Assembly: GCF_025998175.1 (NCBI RefSeq)
Contig: NZ_AP026695.1
Coordinates: 704,038-736,037 of the forward strand
Length of the DNA: 32,000 bases
Source of the DNA: Nitrosopumilus zosterae
GTDB taxonomy: Archaea; Thermoproteota; Nitrososphaeria; Nitrososphaerales; Nitrosopumilaceae
Reading direction: 5' to 3'
Shown here: positions 1-8,092 of the stretch, in pieces
Position numbering within the stretch: the stretch's first letter is position 1
Layout: every line of letters starts with the position of its first letter
Translations under genes and position numbers: made by a program
Notes under the pieces: generated by a model
Databases searched by the model: none
What the model was told of the DNA's origin: nothing
The model's input: the letters and a program-made list of their open reading frames with translations, nothing else

Positions 1-92
1 AAATCAAAATTCCAAAACGTTCTGATGTTGCAAGAGATCTTATGAATTCCACTTCGCGCAATGAAATAAAACTATATCTTAAAGATTTTTAA
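1..92 (+). CDS. 3' end of a gene entering from the left edge (partial, product unknown)
   Basis: Frame 3 is open from the window edge for 29 codons (IKIPKRSDVARDLMNSTSRNEIKLYLKDF*) in a stop-rich AT-rich sequence. No family recognised. Frame 1 (stop at 43-45) is an alternative. Confidence 0.25.
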   Translation, partial: IKIPKRSDVARDLMNSTSRNEIKLYLKDF

Positions 93-543
93 AATTTTCA
101 ATGATTTTTGGGTTTGCTTTTAGAAAAGTAATAAATTTTCTTAACTGTCGAATTGTTTTTGGATTTAAGTGGTGCTCTATTCCTTCTGTGTCCTGATTTG
201 CAGTATCATACCCTACACCTAAAATTTCAAAAAACTCTAACAAAATTCCGTGGTTTTGTCTTATTCCCTCAGCTATTTGTGAACCTTTTGCTGTAAGATT
301 GATTCCGTGATATTTTTCATATTCTAAAAATCCTCCCTCGTCTAATCTTTGAAGCATTTTGGTTACACTTGGTGCACTCACATTCATGTATCTTGAAATG
401 TCTAATGTTGTGGCATATCCCTTTAATTCTACAAGTTCTGAAATAATTTCTAAATAATCTTCCATTCTTGCACTGGAACGGGTTCTTTCTGTTTGATGGG
501 CTGCTTTAATTGAATCTAATCTCTTGGAATTTTTAGATTTCAT
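79..543 (-). CDS. DtxR/MntR-family metal-dependent transcriptional repressor
   Basis: MEDYLEIISELVELKGYATTLDISRYMNVSAPSVTKMLQRLDEGGFLEYEKYHGINLTAKG is a typical DtxR-type wHTH plus dimerisation helix. The true start may be the internal Met at 465 (MEDYLE...). Confidence 0.85.
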   Translation of the reverse strand: MKSKNSKRLDSIKAAHQTERTRSSARMEDYLEIISELVELKGYATTLDISRYMNVSAPSVTKMLQRLDEGGFLEYEKYHGINLTAKGSQIAEGIRQNHGILLEFFEILGVGYDTANQDTEGIEHHLNPKTIRQLRKFITFLKANPKIIENFKNL

Positions 544-677
544 GCGTTCGTTGTAATTACGTTAAATCTAGTATAATTGAGTGTCTTTTCAATAAACTGT
601 GGTTATTCTTTGTTGACTTGAGTGTGATGGTAGTTGATCTTAGAATGTTAACTATTTTTTTATAAATCATAATTGGT

Positions 678-1028
678 ATGGTAGACCCTCTAAAGGAACG
701 ACTAGCTAATTTAAAAAAAATATCTGATTCAGCCAAACGTAGAGCCAATTTATATACTGACATTGCTAAAATTGATAGCAAACATACCAATTCTTCACTG
801 GGTGCACTTCAGAAAGCTCCCGCTCCAGGCAAAAAACTCCAAAAAATTGGATTTTTGATGTTGTGGATTCCCGAACCCACTGGTGTCACTTGTGCTGTTG
901 GTGGTCCGATGATTGTTGCAGGAAGATATCTTGACAAAAAATACAATGGTTCTACTATTCACGATATTGGTCATGAAACAAAAAATACCCTTTCATCAAT
1001 TAGTGACTTTAAGAATTCGATAATGTGA
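678..1028 (+). CDS. hypothetical protein (116 aa)
   Basis: ORF with plausible composition, divergent from the DtxR gene. No family recognised. Confidence 0.45.
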   Translation: MVDPLKERLANLKKISDSAKRRANLYTDIAKIDSKHTNSSLGALQKAPAPGKKLQKIGFLMLWIPEPTGVTCAVGGPMIVAGRYLDKKYNGSTIHDIGHETKNTLSSISDFKNSIM

Positions 1029-1052
1029 CAGTTTTTAAAAGATAAAAAGAGA

Positions 1053-1580
1053 TTATGGCGGAACCATTGGTCTTACAAGATTCCCGATACCTGATTCTGT
1101 CAAAACATGGTACTCCCAAGTTCCCCATATTGACCATTCAGGATTATCTCTGTATCGAGGGTCGGTCTCATGTACTATCAGATAGTTGTAATGACCGTTG
1201 TCATCGTATCCGTGACAATTGATGTGATTTTGTATCCAGCCAGAATCCATGAAAGGATCATTCTCAAAGTTTCCTCTGAAATTTACTACATAATCACATA
1301 CAGTCAAGGTGGAAGAATCCAACTCCTCTACTGAATCAACAGTTCCCTGGATGCGCCCATCTCCAAGATCCCAGTACCAGTCCCCAAGATTGTCGTACGC
1401 ATAAACTGATGTATAGTGACCGTTTACTGTAACTCCTTTGTCTGGAATTCCGTTGTTATCTTTGTCTTTTTTGGATTGTTTTTCATGTCCTGGAACGATC
1501 GTTCCAGCATCAGCAGATACAATAAATCCTGTACTTGCTAGCATTATTGCAGCTAGTATAATTGCCATTGTTTTAATCAT
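1053..1580 (-). CDS. secreted hypothetical protein
   Basis: An internal Met gives a signal-peptide-like N-terminus (MIKTMAIILAAIMLASTGFIVSADA). There is an Asp-rich DKDNNGIPD motif and the protein is Trp/Tyr/Asp-rich. The track ORF extends to 1637, but that extension looks non-coding. Confidence 0.6.
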   Translation of the reverse strand: MIKTMAIILAAIMLASTGFIVSADAGTIVPGHEKQSKKDKDNNGIPDKGVTVNGHYTSVYAYDNLGDWYWDLGDGRIQGTVDSVEELDSSTLTVCDYVVNFRGNFENDPFMDSGWIQNHINCHGYDDNGHYNYLIVHETDPRYRDNPEWSIWGTWEYHVLTESGIGNLVRPMVPP

Positions 1581-1730
1581 TAAAGTTATGAAATAAACAA
1601 AATAGTTAAAGATGATCTTAAAATTTGAAAATATCACAAATTTTAAGCAAGCCTATCTTCCTATCATAGATTGTCACAGTAGATATTAGACAAATTAACG
1701 TATTTTAAAAGGATTGAAATTAATTAACTC

Positions 1731-2222
1731 ATGACAACTAGATCCCAAGTATTAATTCCTATTTTTATTGCAGCTGTAATCATTGGCATTGTTGGATTGA
1801 TGTCGATTCCAAGTGAAAGTAAATTGGAATCTGTTGAATTTCCTAGAGGGACAATAAAAGTTGATGATGTTCCCTTGCAGGTACAGATTGCTGACACTGA
1901 ACCCAGACGTGTTCGTGGTTTAATGTTTCAAGATGAACTTCCATATGATCAAGGTATGATTTTTGTATTTGAACAATCTGGATTATACTCTCTTTGGATG
2001 CTTAACATGCAATTTTCGCTTGACATGATTTGGTTTGATGAAGACGGCAAAGTGGTTCATATCGAAAAAAACATACCTCCGTGCAAAAGTCCGTTAGAAA
2101 TCACTACATGTCAAAGTGTCATACCTGATAATGAGGCAATATATGTTCTTGAAGTAACATCTGGTTTTGTTGAACGAAATAATATTACAAAAGATTCTAT
2201 GTTAACTATTATTTCTATTTGA
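1731..2222 (+). CDS. DUF192-family protein with N-terminal membrane anchor
   Basis: RGLMFQDELPYDQGMIFVF...LWMLNMQFSLDMIWFDEDGKVVHI matches the DUF192 (COG1430) signature as I remember it. Confidence 0.7.
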   Translation: MTTRSQVLIPIFIAAVIIGIVGLMSIPSESKLESVEFPRGTIKVDDVPLQVQIADTEPRRVRGLMFQDELPYDQGMIFVFEQSGLYSLWMLNMQFSLDMIWFDEDGKVVHIEKNIPPCKSPLEITTCQSVIPDNEAIYVLEVTSGFVERNNITKDSMLTIISI

Positions 2223-2254
2223 TTTTAAAAAAGCTTATCTGAGATGTACATAAA

Positions 2255-2905
2255 ATGATTCTGATGAAGAAAATAGTCTTGATTTCGGCAATTGCAGGAT
2301 TTGTGATTGTTGGTCTTGTTTCTTCTCTATTGCTTTCTCCAAATTCATTGGACGCTAAAACTTCAATGCCTGTCTATGAAATTGATTTTACTTTTTATGA
2401 TGTCGAAAAAATTCAAAAATCTCTTAATGAGCATAATGTTTTCATGTCTACTCCAAGTGCAATCACTGATCATACAATAGATCAGTATTGTACTTTTTTT
2501 GATTCTACAAACACAAAAAGAACCGTAGAGTATTGTACTACTACAGCACTCTTAAACTCTGATGGAAAAACTATTGGAAATCTAAACATGGGTGGAACCA
2601 CCTACAATCCTATCATGGCACTTGCTATTGTGGATGCATCACCATTTTTGAATTCAAAAGCAGACGAGGTTGACATTATTTTTCAAACTATGATTGAAAC
2701 ATTGGTCTGTACTTGCTGGGAAGACCGTCAGCCTGGGGGATTTGAATCTGTATCAGAATGGATTGATGTTGCCCAAGAGAAATATGCTGAATCATCTCAA
2801 ACCACCATCAAATCTGAGATTAATGGTTTAGATAACAAGAGGCTGATTTTGGAGATTACATCCACAGGTAAATCATATCTATGGACATTAATTGTACTAA
2901 AGTAG
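2255..2905 (+). CDS. membrane-anchored/secreted hypothetical protein
   Basis: N-terminal hydrophobic helix (KKIVLISAIAGFVIVGLVSSLLL) followed by a Cys-containing soluble domain. No family recognised. Confidence 0.55.
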   Translation: MILMKKIVLISAIAGFVIVGLVSSLLLSPNSLDAKTSMPVYEIDFTFYDVEKIQKSLNEHNVFMSTPSAITDHTIDQYCTFFDSTNTKRTVEYCTTTALLNSDGKTIGNLNMGGTTYNPIMALAIVDASPFLNSKADEVDIIFQTMIETLVCTCWEDRQPGGFESVSEWIDVAQEKYAESSQTTIKSEINGLDNKRLILEITSTGKSYLWTLIVLK

Positions 2906-2933
2906 TCTGATTATATACTGCGAAATTCTTTGA

Positions 2934-3710
2934 TTGACGATTACAATGATTGATCAATTTTGGTTAATTCTTTTGGGATTCGCAGCAGGCATTCTAGGAT
3001 CTATGATTGGTCTTGGTGGGGGAATTGTTATAGTTCCTGTATTGACATTTCTGGGATTTCCACCTACGACTGCAGCAAGTAACAGCCTTTTTGCTGCATT
3101 AAGCAATGCGGTTGCTTCTACAATTTCATATTCTAAACAAAAAAGAATAGAAATTTCTTTAGGGTTAAAATTTGGATTGCTCTCAATTCCTGGAACTGTT
3201 TTGGGTGCAATGATCTCAACTGATGTGGCACCGGATCTTTTTAAAATATTATTTGGATTTGTTTTGATAGCATCGGCAGCGTACATTTTTTTAAGAAAAC
3301 AAATTGAACCTAAAGAAAAAGCACTATCAAAACAAATAATGATCTTTGCAGTGGGTGCAAGTTTTTTTGCAGGAATTATCTCTTCATTTTTTGGGATAGG
3401 TGGTGGTATAATCTTTGTACCATTAATGGTTGTTGGAATGGGGATGGCAATGAAAAGAGCGGCCCCTACATCTCAATTGATATTATTATTCGCTTCTTTT
3501 TCTGGAGTAATTTCTCACAGTATTTTAGGCCATCCTGATTTTATGCAGGCAGGATTTTTGGCAGCTGGTTCTTTTGTGGGTGGATTGGTTGGCGCACGCT
3601 TGTCTATTGATATACGTGAAAGATATTTGCAAATAATTGTCTCTGTTGTAGTGCTGATTGCTGCAGGAAAACTTTTTCTGGATTCACTTTCTGGTACTTT
3701 TGGATTTTAG
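2934..3710 (+). CDS. TauE/SafE (DUF81) family anion exporter, membrane protein
   Basis: Two-fold internal repeat of Gly-rich TM segments (GSMIGLGGGIVIVPVL and SSFFGIGGGIIFVPLM), about 8 TM helices. TTG at 2934; ATG at 2946 is an alternative start. Confidence 0.85.
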   Translation: MTITMIDQFWLILLGFAAGILGSMIGLGGGIVIVPVLTFLGFPPTTAASNSLFAALSNAVASTISYSKQKRIEISLGLKFGLLSIPGTVLGAMISTDVAPDLFKILFGFVLIASAAYIFLRKQIEPKEKALSKQIMIFAVGASFFAGIISSFFGIGGGIIFVPLMVVGMGMAMKRAAPTSQLILLFASFSGVISHSILGHPDFMQAGFLAAGSFVGGLVGARLSIDIRERYLQIIVSVVVLIAAGKLFLDSLSGTFGF

Positions 3711-3775
3711 CCTTGTTGTGCTTTTATACTTTTTTTGTAATTACAAAATGTTCTTCAGGTCTTTTGATCTTAGAG

Positions 3776-3810
3776 CTGGGGAGACTAGTCGGCTTCCCGG
3801 TTTTGTTTTA
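3776..3810. terminator. GC-rich hairpin plus T-tract between convergent genes
   Basis: 8-bp stem, 3776-3783 (ctggggag) pairing with 3793-3800 (cttcccgg) including two G-T pairs, with a 9-nt loop. It is followed by ttttgtttt. It lies between the TauE gene (+) and the hotdog-like gene (-). Confidence 0.35.
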
Positions 3811-4260
3811 TCTAGGTGGTTCTTTCTTTATTCTGTAAATGTTTCTTTTTGAAATAACAATGGTCTCTCCTTCTTGATTGGTTCCTTCATAATCAATTCC
3901 AATCTTTCCATATTCTTCATCAATGTCATCTTTTTGTGAGATTGTGAATTTTAATTTCAAAACTTGATCAGTGTACAATGTCTTTAGAAATCTTGTGTTT
4001 CTGTTTTCCCATCCTGGATCCCCATCTGTTCCAACAAAAATAATGTGATTCCCATAAATCTGACTCAATCTTGTAAATTCTCCTTCCATTCTGGATAGAA
4101 TTGCCCTTCCAGAAACAATCTTTTCTTTTTCTTTTTGTCCATCTTCTAGGAATGCATTTCTAACTCTTGAAAAATTCAAATATTCTTCTAATTCTTTGTT
4201 TGAAATACTACACGTGGAATAAAACGAGTCTCCTACTTTGAATTCTGAAAATTTTTTCAT
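3808..4260 (-). CDS. hypothetical protein, possible hotdog-fold (MaoC-like) protein
   Basis: The N-terminus FSEFKVGDSFYSTCSISNKELEEYLNFSRVRNAFLED resembles the MaoC/hotdog N-terminal pattern but lacks the usual NP[IL]H. The start lies 2 nt after the stop of the upstream SDR gene. Confidence 0.55.
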   Translation of the reverse strand: MKKFSEFKVGDSFYSTCSISNKELEEYLNFSRVRNAFLEDGQKEKEKIVSGRAILSRMEGEFTRLSQIYGNHIIFVGTDGDPGWENRNTRFLKTLYTDQVLKLKFTISQKDDIDEEYGKIGIDYEGTNQEGETIVISKRNIYRIKKEPPR

Positions 4261-4262
4261 TC

Positions 4263-6032
4263 TTATCTTGTTTCATCAACACAGAAAACAATTTCTGCTG
4301 ATGATAAAGCATTATCAGTGACTAGAAAATTAAATGCATCTGCAATTCTTTGGTTGTTTGGCTCTGTACCTGTCACTGAACCTGGAAAAATTGTAAACAT
4401 TCTGATTTTTGAATTTAGAACGTCACTAAGTTCTTGGTTAACTGTGGTTGTAAATGGTCTTAACGCTCCTCTGAAAACCTCTACTTGTGCTCTTTGTATT
4501 CCTGTTACTTTCTTTCCAACTGGCAAATCTGGCCCAATTATCATGATTGCTCCTTTGGCATCTTTGTAAAGACGAGGATCATTAGCTCCTCCTGGAACAA
4601 ATTGTTCAAGTGCTCTTTGTGCAACTGTTGCTGGAGTTGAAATGAATTTTTCAGTTAAAGCCTCCCATTCTGCTCTGGATACTTCTGTTAATTTTGGTAT
4701 GTCTGGTAGTTTTCCAGTTACGTGAATAACTCCTAAAATATCCCCGATGTTTGTTTTTGCTGTGTTTAACCACCTTGCGACTTCATCGGGATTTTTGATG
4801 TCCACTATATGGGAGTGGAATTTGCTGCTGATGTATTCTTGTAATTCTGAGGGTGTGTCTTGAGAAATAAAGCATGCTACTTTTCCACCATTTTTCTCTA
4901 CATGTTGTGCTAAAAATTCAATTCTTTCGGCATCTGCTTTGTCTGTTGCATCAATTGTAAACACGACTGCTTTTCCGGTAAAGTCTGGTTGATGTACACC
5001 TGGTGCGGTAGTCCCTATGTGTGGTTTAACTGGATAAAATACTCTGTCTCCAGGAATTACTTTTCCATTGATTATTTTTGCAATTTCATCGTCGCATAGA
5101 TTGAGAACTGTTTCAGCAACTTGTCCTTGTGAAAGAAATTCTCTGTTTGCAATCATGTGAGATGTGTTGTTTTGAACCTTTTCTGCAATGGTTTGAATTT
5201 TGTTTAGTAGATTGGTAAATGTTTCAGTTAATTTAGACACATCTTTGCCGTTTGCAAGTTTGGTTGCAGCATCAGTAATTCCTTTTTTAATTACACTTTC
5301 ATCTTCTCCTAATAATGGGAGCAATTCTCTGTTTGCTTCATCAACTTGCACTGGGGATAAATCTTCAAATCCACTTACACGCATAAACTCTGCTGCGGCT
5401 TTTGGGTAAACTGTTTTGTAAATTCTATCTGAATGCACTGGACCTGGATTTGTAGCGATGGATATGATTCCTTTATCTGTCAATTCCCATGACATTAATT
5501 CTGCTAATCTATTTTTTGCTCCTTGGGATGCAGTATATGGACTTCTGAATCTATAAGGTCTCTGTTCTAGCGGTTTTTCTTCTGTAAAGAATGTGGATAT
5601 TGTAATGATTTTTCCACCTTCTTTCATTACTTTTAGAGCCTGAACAGACCCCCAGAACGTACCTGTGAGATGAATTCCTATTGTACTTTTAAATTCATCA
5701 AGTGGGGCATTTGGAAAACACGTTACTGGTCCTGAGACTCCTGCATTGTTAATTATGTAATCTATAGTGACATTATTCTTTTTTAGTTCGTCAAACATGT
5801 TGTTCATTGCTGTCTCATCTGCAACATCAACTCCTGCAAAAATTCTAACTGATGCGTTTATTCCCTGAGGGATTCTTCCTTCAAGTTCCTTTGCTGCTTC
5901 TTCTAAGGGTTCTTTTCTTCTTCCAAGAATAATCACACTAGCTCCTTCTTCTATGAATTTTGTAGCTATAGCTTTGCCTATTCCTGTTCCGCTTCCTGTA
6001 ACAAGGGCAATTTTATTTTGGAATTTTGGCAT
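4263..6032 (-). CDS. two-domain short-chain dehydrogenase/reductase, malonyl-CoA-reductase-like (589 aa)
   Basis: N-terminal classical SDR: KIALVTGSGTGIGKA, IINNAGV, PYTASQGAKNRL, NPGPVHSDRIYKTVY. The C-terminal half (KAVVFTIDATD...) is Rossmann-like but has no Gly-rich loop. See finding. Confidence 0.85.
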   Translation of the reverse strand: MPKFQNKIALVTGSGTGIGKAIATKFIEEGASVIILGRRKEPLEEAAKELEGRIPQGINASVRIFAGVDVADETAMNNMFDELKKNNVTIDYIINNAGVSGPVTCFPNAPLDEFKSTIGIHLTGTFWGSVQALKVMKEGGKIITISTFFTEEKPLEQRPYRFRSPYTASQGAKNRLAELMSWELTDKGIISIATNPGPVHSDRIYKTVYPKAAAEFMRVSGFEDLSPVQVDEANRELLPLLGEDESVIKKGITDAATKLANGKDVSKLTETFTNLLNKIQTIAEKVQNNTSHMIANREFLSQGQVAETVLNLCDDEIAKIINGKVIPGDRVFYPVKPHIGTTAPGVHQPDFTGKAVVFTIDATDKADAERIEFLAQHVEKNGGKVACFISQDTPSELQEYISSKFHSHIVDIKNPDEVARWLNTAKTNIGDILGVIHVTGKLPDIPKLTEVSRAEWEALTEKFISTPATVAQRALEQFVPGGANDPRLYKDAKGAIMIIGPDLPVGKKVTGIQRAQVEVFRGALRPFTTTVNQELSDVLNSKIRMFTIFPGSVTGTEPNNQRIADAFNFLVTDNALSSAEIVFCVDETR

Positions 6033-6127
6033 TAGCTAAAATCCCAAAACTTTTGTGATATTTAATTCGATTGATCTCTGACTTTTTTCTTGATATCTTT
6101 ATTTGTGGGTATGATTCATGATTTTTA

Positions 6128-6364
6128 ATGCATGATACAGAGCCAGATACATTTGTTTATCAAACATGGCCTGAGAAATTTAGTGGAATGTTAAAAGCGA
6201 TTGGAATTGATTCAGAACCTAAAGAAATTGGTACTGATGATATTGAAAAAGGAGATTACTATAGCAGATATTTTGCTCATACAGCTAGAATGATAACTAA
6301 TAGGGGATGTCTTGATGTCAAAAACTCAAACATTGACACAATACAAATAATTCAAAAGGGATAA
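6128..6364 (+). CDS. hypothetical protein (78 aa)
   Basis: ORF only. It sits 4 nt upstream of the next co-directional ORF. No family recognised. Confidence 0.4.
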   Translation: MHDTEPDTFVYQTWPEKFSGMLKAIGIDSEPKEIGTDDIEKGDYYSRYFAHTARMITNRGCLDVKNSNIDTIQIIQKG

Positions 6365-6368
6365 AAAA

Positions 6369-6746
6369 ATGCAAGATCCAGATCCACTTCCTTGGGGCGC
6401 ATTAGATAGATTCCAAGCACATTTTATTGTAAAAAGAGACTCTGGGACTTCTGTTGGTAACTTTGTGGCAAAAACAAAACTAACCACAAAAGGTCATTTC
6501 GCTTCAAAGACTGTCGAAAAAGTTGAATGGGATGGGCCTGGAAGTTTGGCATCAAAACTCAATGCAGATGCTGAGCTAAATGAAATGATTGCAAAGCAAT
6601 CTGTTAAAGACGCAACAATCTATGTTGAACCCACTGACGGTGCTATCAGAATTAGAAATAAGTGGAATAATCATTTATCTTTTGGAATCACGAAAGATCT
6701 TTTTGAAATTTACGACAGAATAGCTGGCCACATAAAATCTGTCTAA
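6369..6746 (+). CDS. hypothetical protein (125 aa)
   Basis: ORF with balanced composition. No family recognised. Its stop codon overlaps the stop of the convergent endA gene. Confidence 0.5.
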   Translation: MQDPDPLPWGALDRFQAHFIVKRDSGTSVGNFVAKTKLTTKGHFASKTVEKVEWDGPGSLASKLNADAELNEMIAKQSVKDATIYVEPTDGAIRIRNKWNNHLSFGITKDLFEIYDRIAGHIKSV

Positions 6747-7279
6747 GCTTTCCACCAGTCTAACGCAAGAAAATCCACTTTGTTCTTTCCTTTTGGAATG
6801 GCTAAAATGAATTGCTTTCTAACGGTTGTAGCAAGTCGTCCTGCAAGAACAATTCCTGTTGCTGAAATTGATTCGTTTCTAGTGTACACTTGAATTAAAA
6901 AAGGCGCGTGATCAATTCCTGGACCTTTTTCATAAACTGCAAAGTCACAACCGAATTTTATTCCAGGATTGATGATGTATCCTTTGTCTCGAAAATTTTT
7001 GTAAACTAGATATTTTTTATCAAACTCATGAACTTCGTTTCTGCAAATGTCTGTCAATTGTTCTACGGTGATTTTTTGTTTTGATTTTCTAATGGTTATT
7101 TTTTTGTTTTCTAAAAGGTATAATCCTTCGATAAGATCCAAAATCAACGGTGCATCAATTTCATCAATTTTTGGTTTTGGTATCCCTATTGGTTTGCCAT
7201 AATATCCTTGACTGAAAAGTTTGCGTGAATCTTTGATATTCCACACAATGATTCTGTTTTCAATTAACTCACTTTTCAT
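6743..7279 (-). CDS. endA: tRNA-splicing (intron) endonuclease, catalytic-type subunit
   Basis: GYYGKP, LDLIEGLYLLE, YKNFRDKGYIINPGIKFGCDFAVYEKGPGIDHAPFLIQV and RLATTVRKQFILA are typical of archaeal EndA, including the catalytic His region. Confidence 0.8.
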   Translation of the reverse strand: MKSELIENRIIVWNIKDSRKLFSQGYYGKPIGIPKPKIDEIDAPLILDLIEGLYLLENKKITIRKSKQKITVEQLTDICRNEVHEFDKKYLVYKNFRDKGYIINPGIKFGCDFAVYEKGPGIDHAPFLIQVYTRNESISATGIVLAGRLATTVRKQFILAIPKGKNKVDFLALDWWKA

Positions 7280-7373
7280 TATTGTTCTGAAACGTTCTGT
7301 GTATATGAATTCTCTAGTTGTTTATGGAATTTTTAAAATATTAAAAATAAAGTAAAAATTTAGAGTGAATTGT

Positions 7374-8027
7374 TTATAGGCTCAATGCTAATAATATGAA
7401 AGAGTCAGATACTCTTTGACATTTGTCTGACATTTCTTCAATTCCTTCTATGACGTCTTTGATTAACATCAGTTCTTTTGTTGATGTAACCTCGTTTAGA
7501 AGTTTAATTGTTGCATCCCTATATTTTATGTCTATTTCTCTTTCTATTGTTTGTGTTTCTTGAGCCAATTCAATTGCATTTGCAGTGTTTGTGTTTAGGC
7601 TTCTAATGATTTCATTTAACTTGTAGACTTCATCGACAACAAGCTCGATTAATTTGGTGATGTCTTGATCAAGTTTTGAACTTTTTAGCGTAGCTGGCTT
7701 TACATTTGATAGTTTGAATGAAATTCCTGTGATGTAACCTGCGATCTCATCCATTGTATATGCTGTGTTTAGGAGATTTTCTCTATTCATGATTAATCCT
7801 CCTACATCTGCAACTTCTCTGGTGATCTTTCGTCTTAGGCTTTCTACTTCTTCTTCAATTGTAGAAATTTGCTCTAATGCGTTTTTAATTCCTGTCTTGT
7901 CTTTTTTCATCATAAGCTCAGGGAGTGTTGCTAGTTCTCTTGCAGCATTTAGAATTCTGTTTATTTCGTCTTGTAAAACTGCTATAGCCTTTCTTTTTGC
8001 TTGAACTTCAAGCTCTCCGCTATACAT
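7374..8027 (-). CDS. DUF47 / PhoU-like (TIGR00153-type) protein
   Basis: All-helical 217-aa protein. ISTIEEEVESLRRKITREV...RENLLNTAYTMDEIAGYI fits the DUF47 pattern (E-x-x-x-D helix, then D-x-I-x-D/G helix). Confidence 0.55.
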   Translation of the reverse strand: MYSGELEVQAKRKAIAVLQDEINRILNAARELATLPELMMKKDKTGIKNALEQISTIEEEVESLRRKITREVADVGGLIMNRENLLNTAYTMDEIAGYITGISFKLSNVKPATLKSSKLDQDITKLIELVVDEVYKLNEIIRSLNTNTANAIELAQETQTIEREIDIKYRDATIKLLNEVTSTKELMLIKDVIEGIEEMSDKCQRVSDSFILLALSL

Positions 8028-8092
8028 AACAGAATGTAAAAAATCTTCAGGTAATTTAAATCCTCTATGATTTTTGATGTTTTTTGAGCATG

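Noticed and set aside
553-560. Palindrome gtaattac just upstream of the DtxR-family gene, considered as a possible auto-operator
   Set aside because: It is only 8 bp, AT-rich, and does not extend. It does not resemble the roughly 19-bp DtxR/IdeR box I remember, and it is likely chance.
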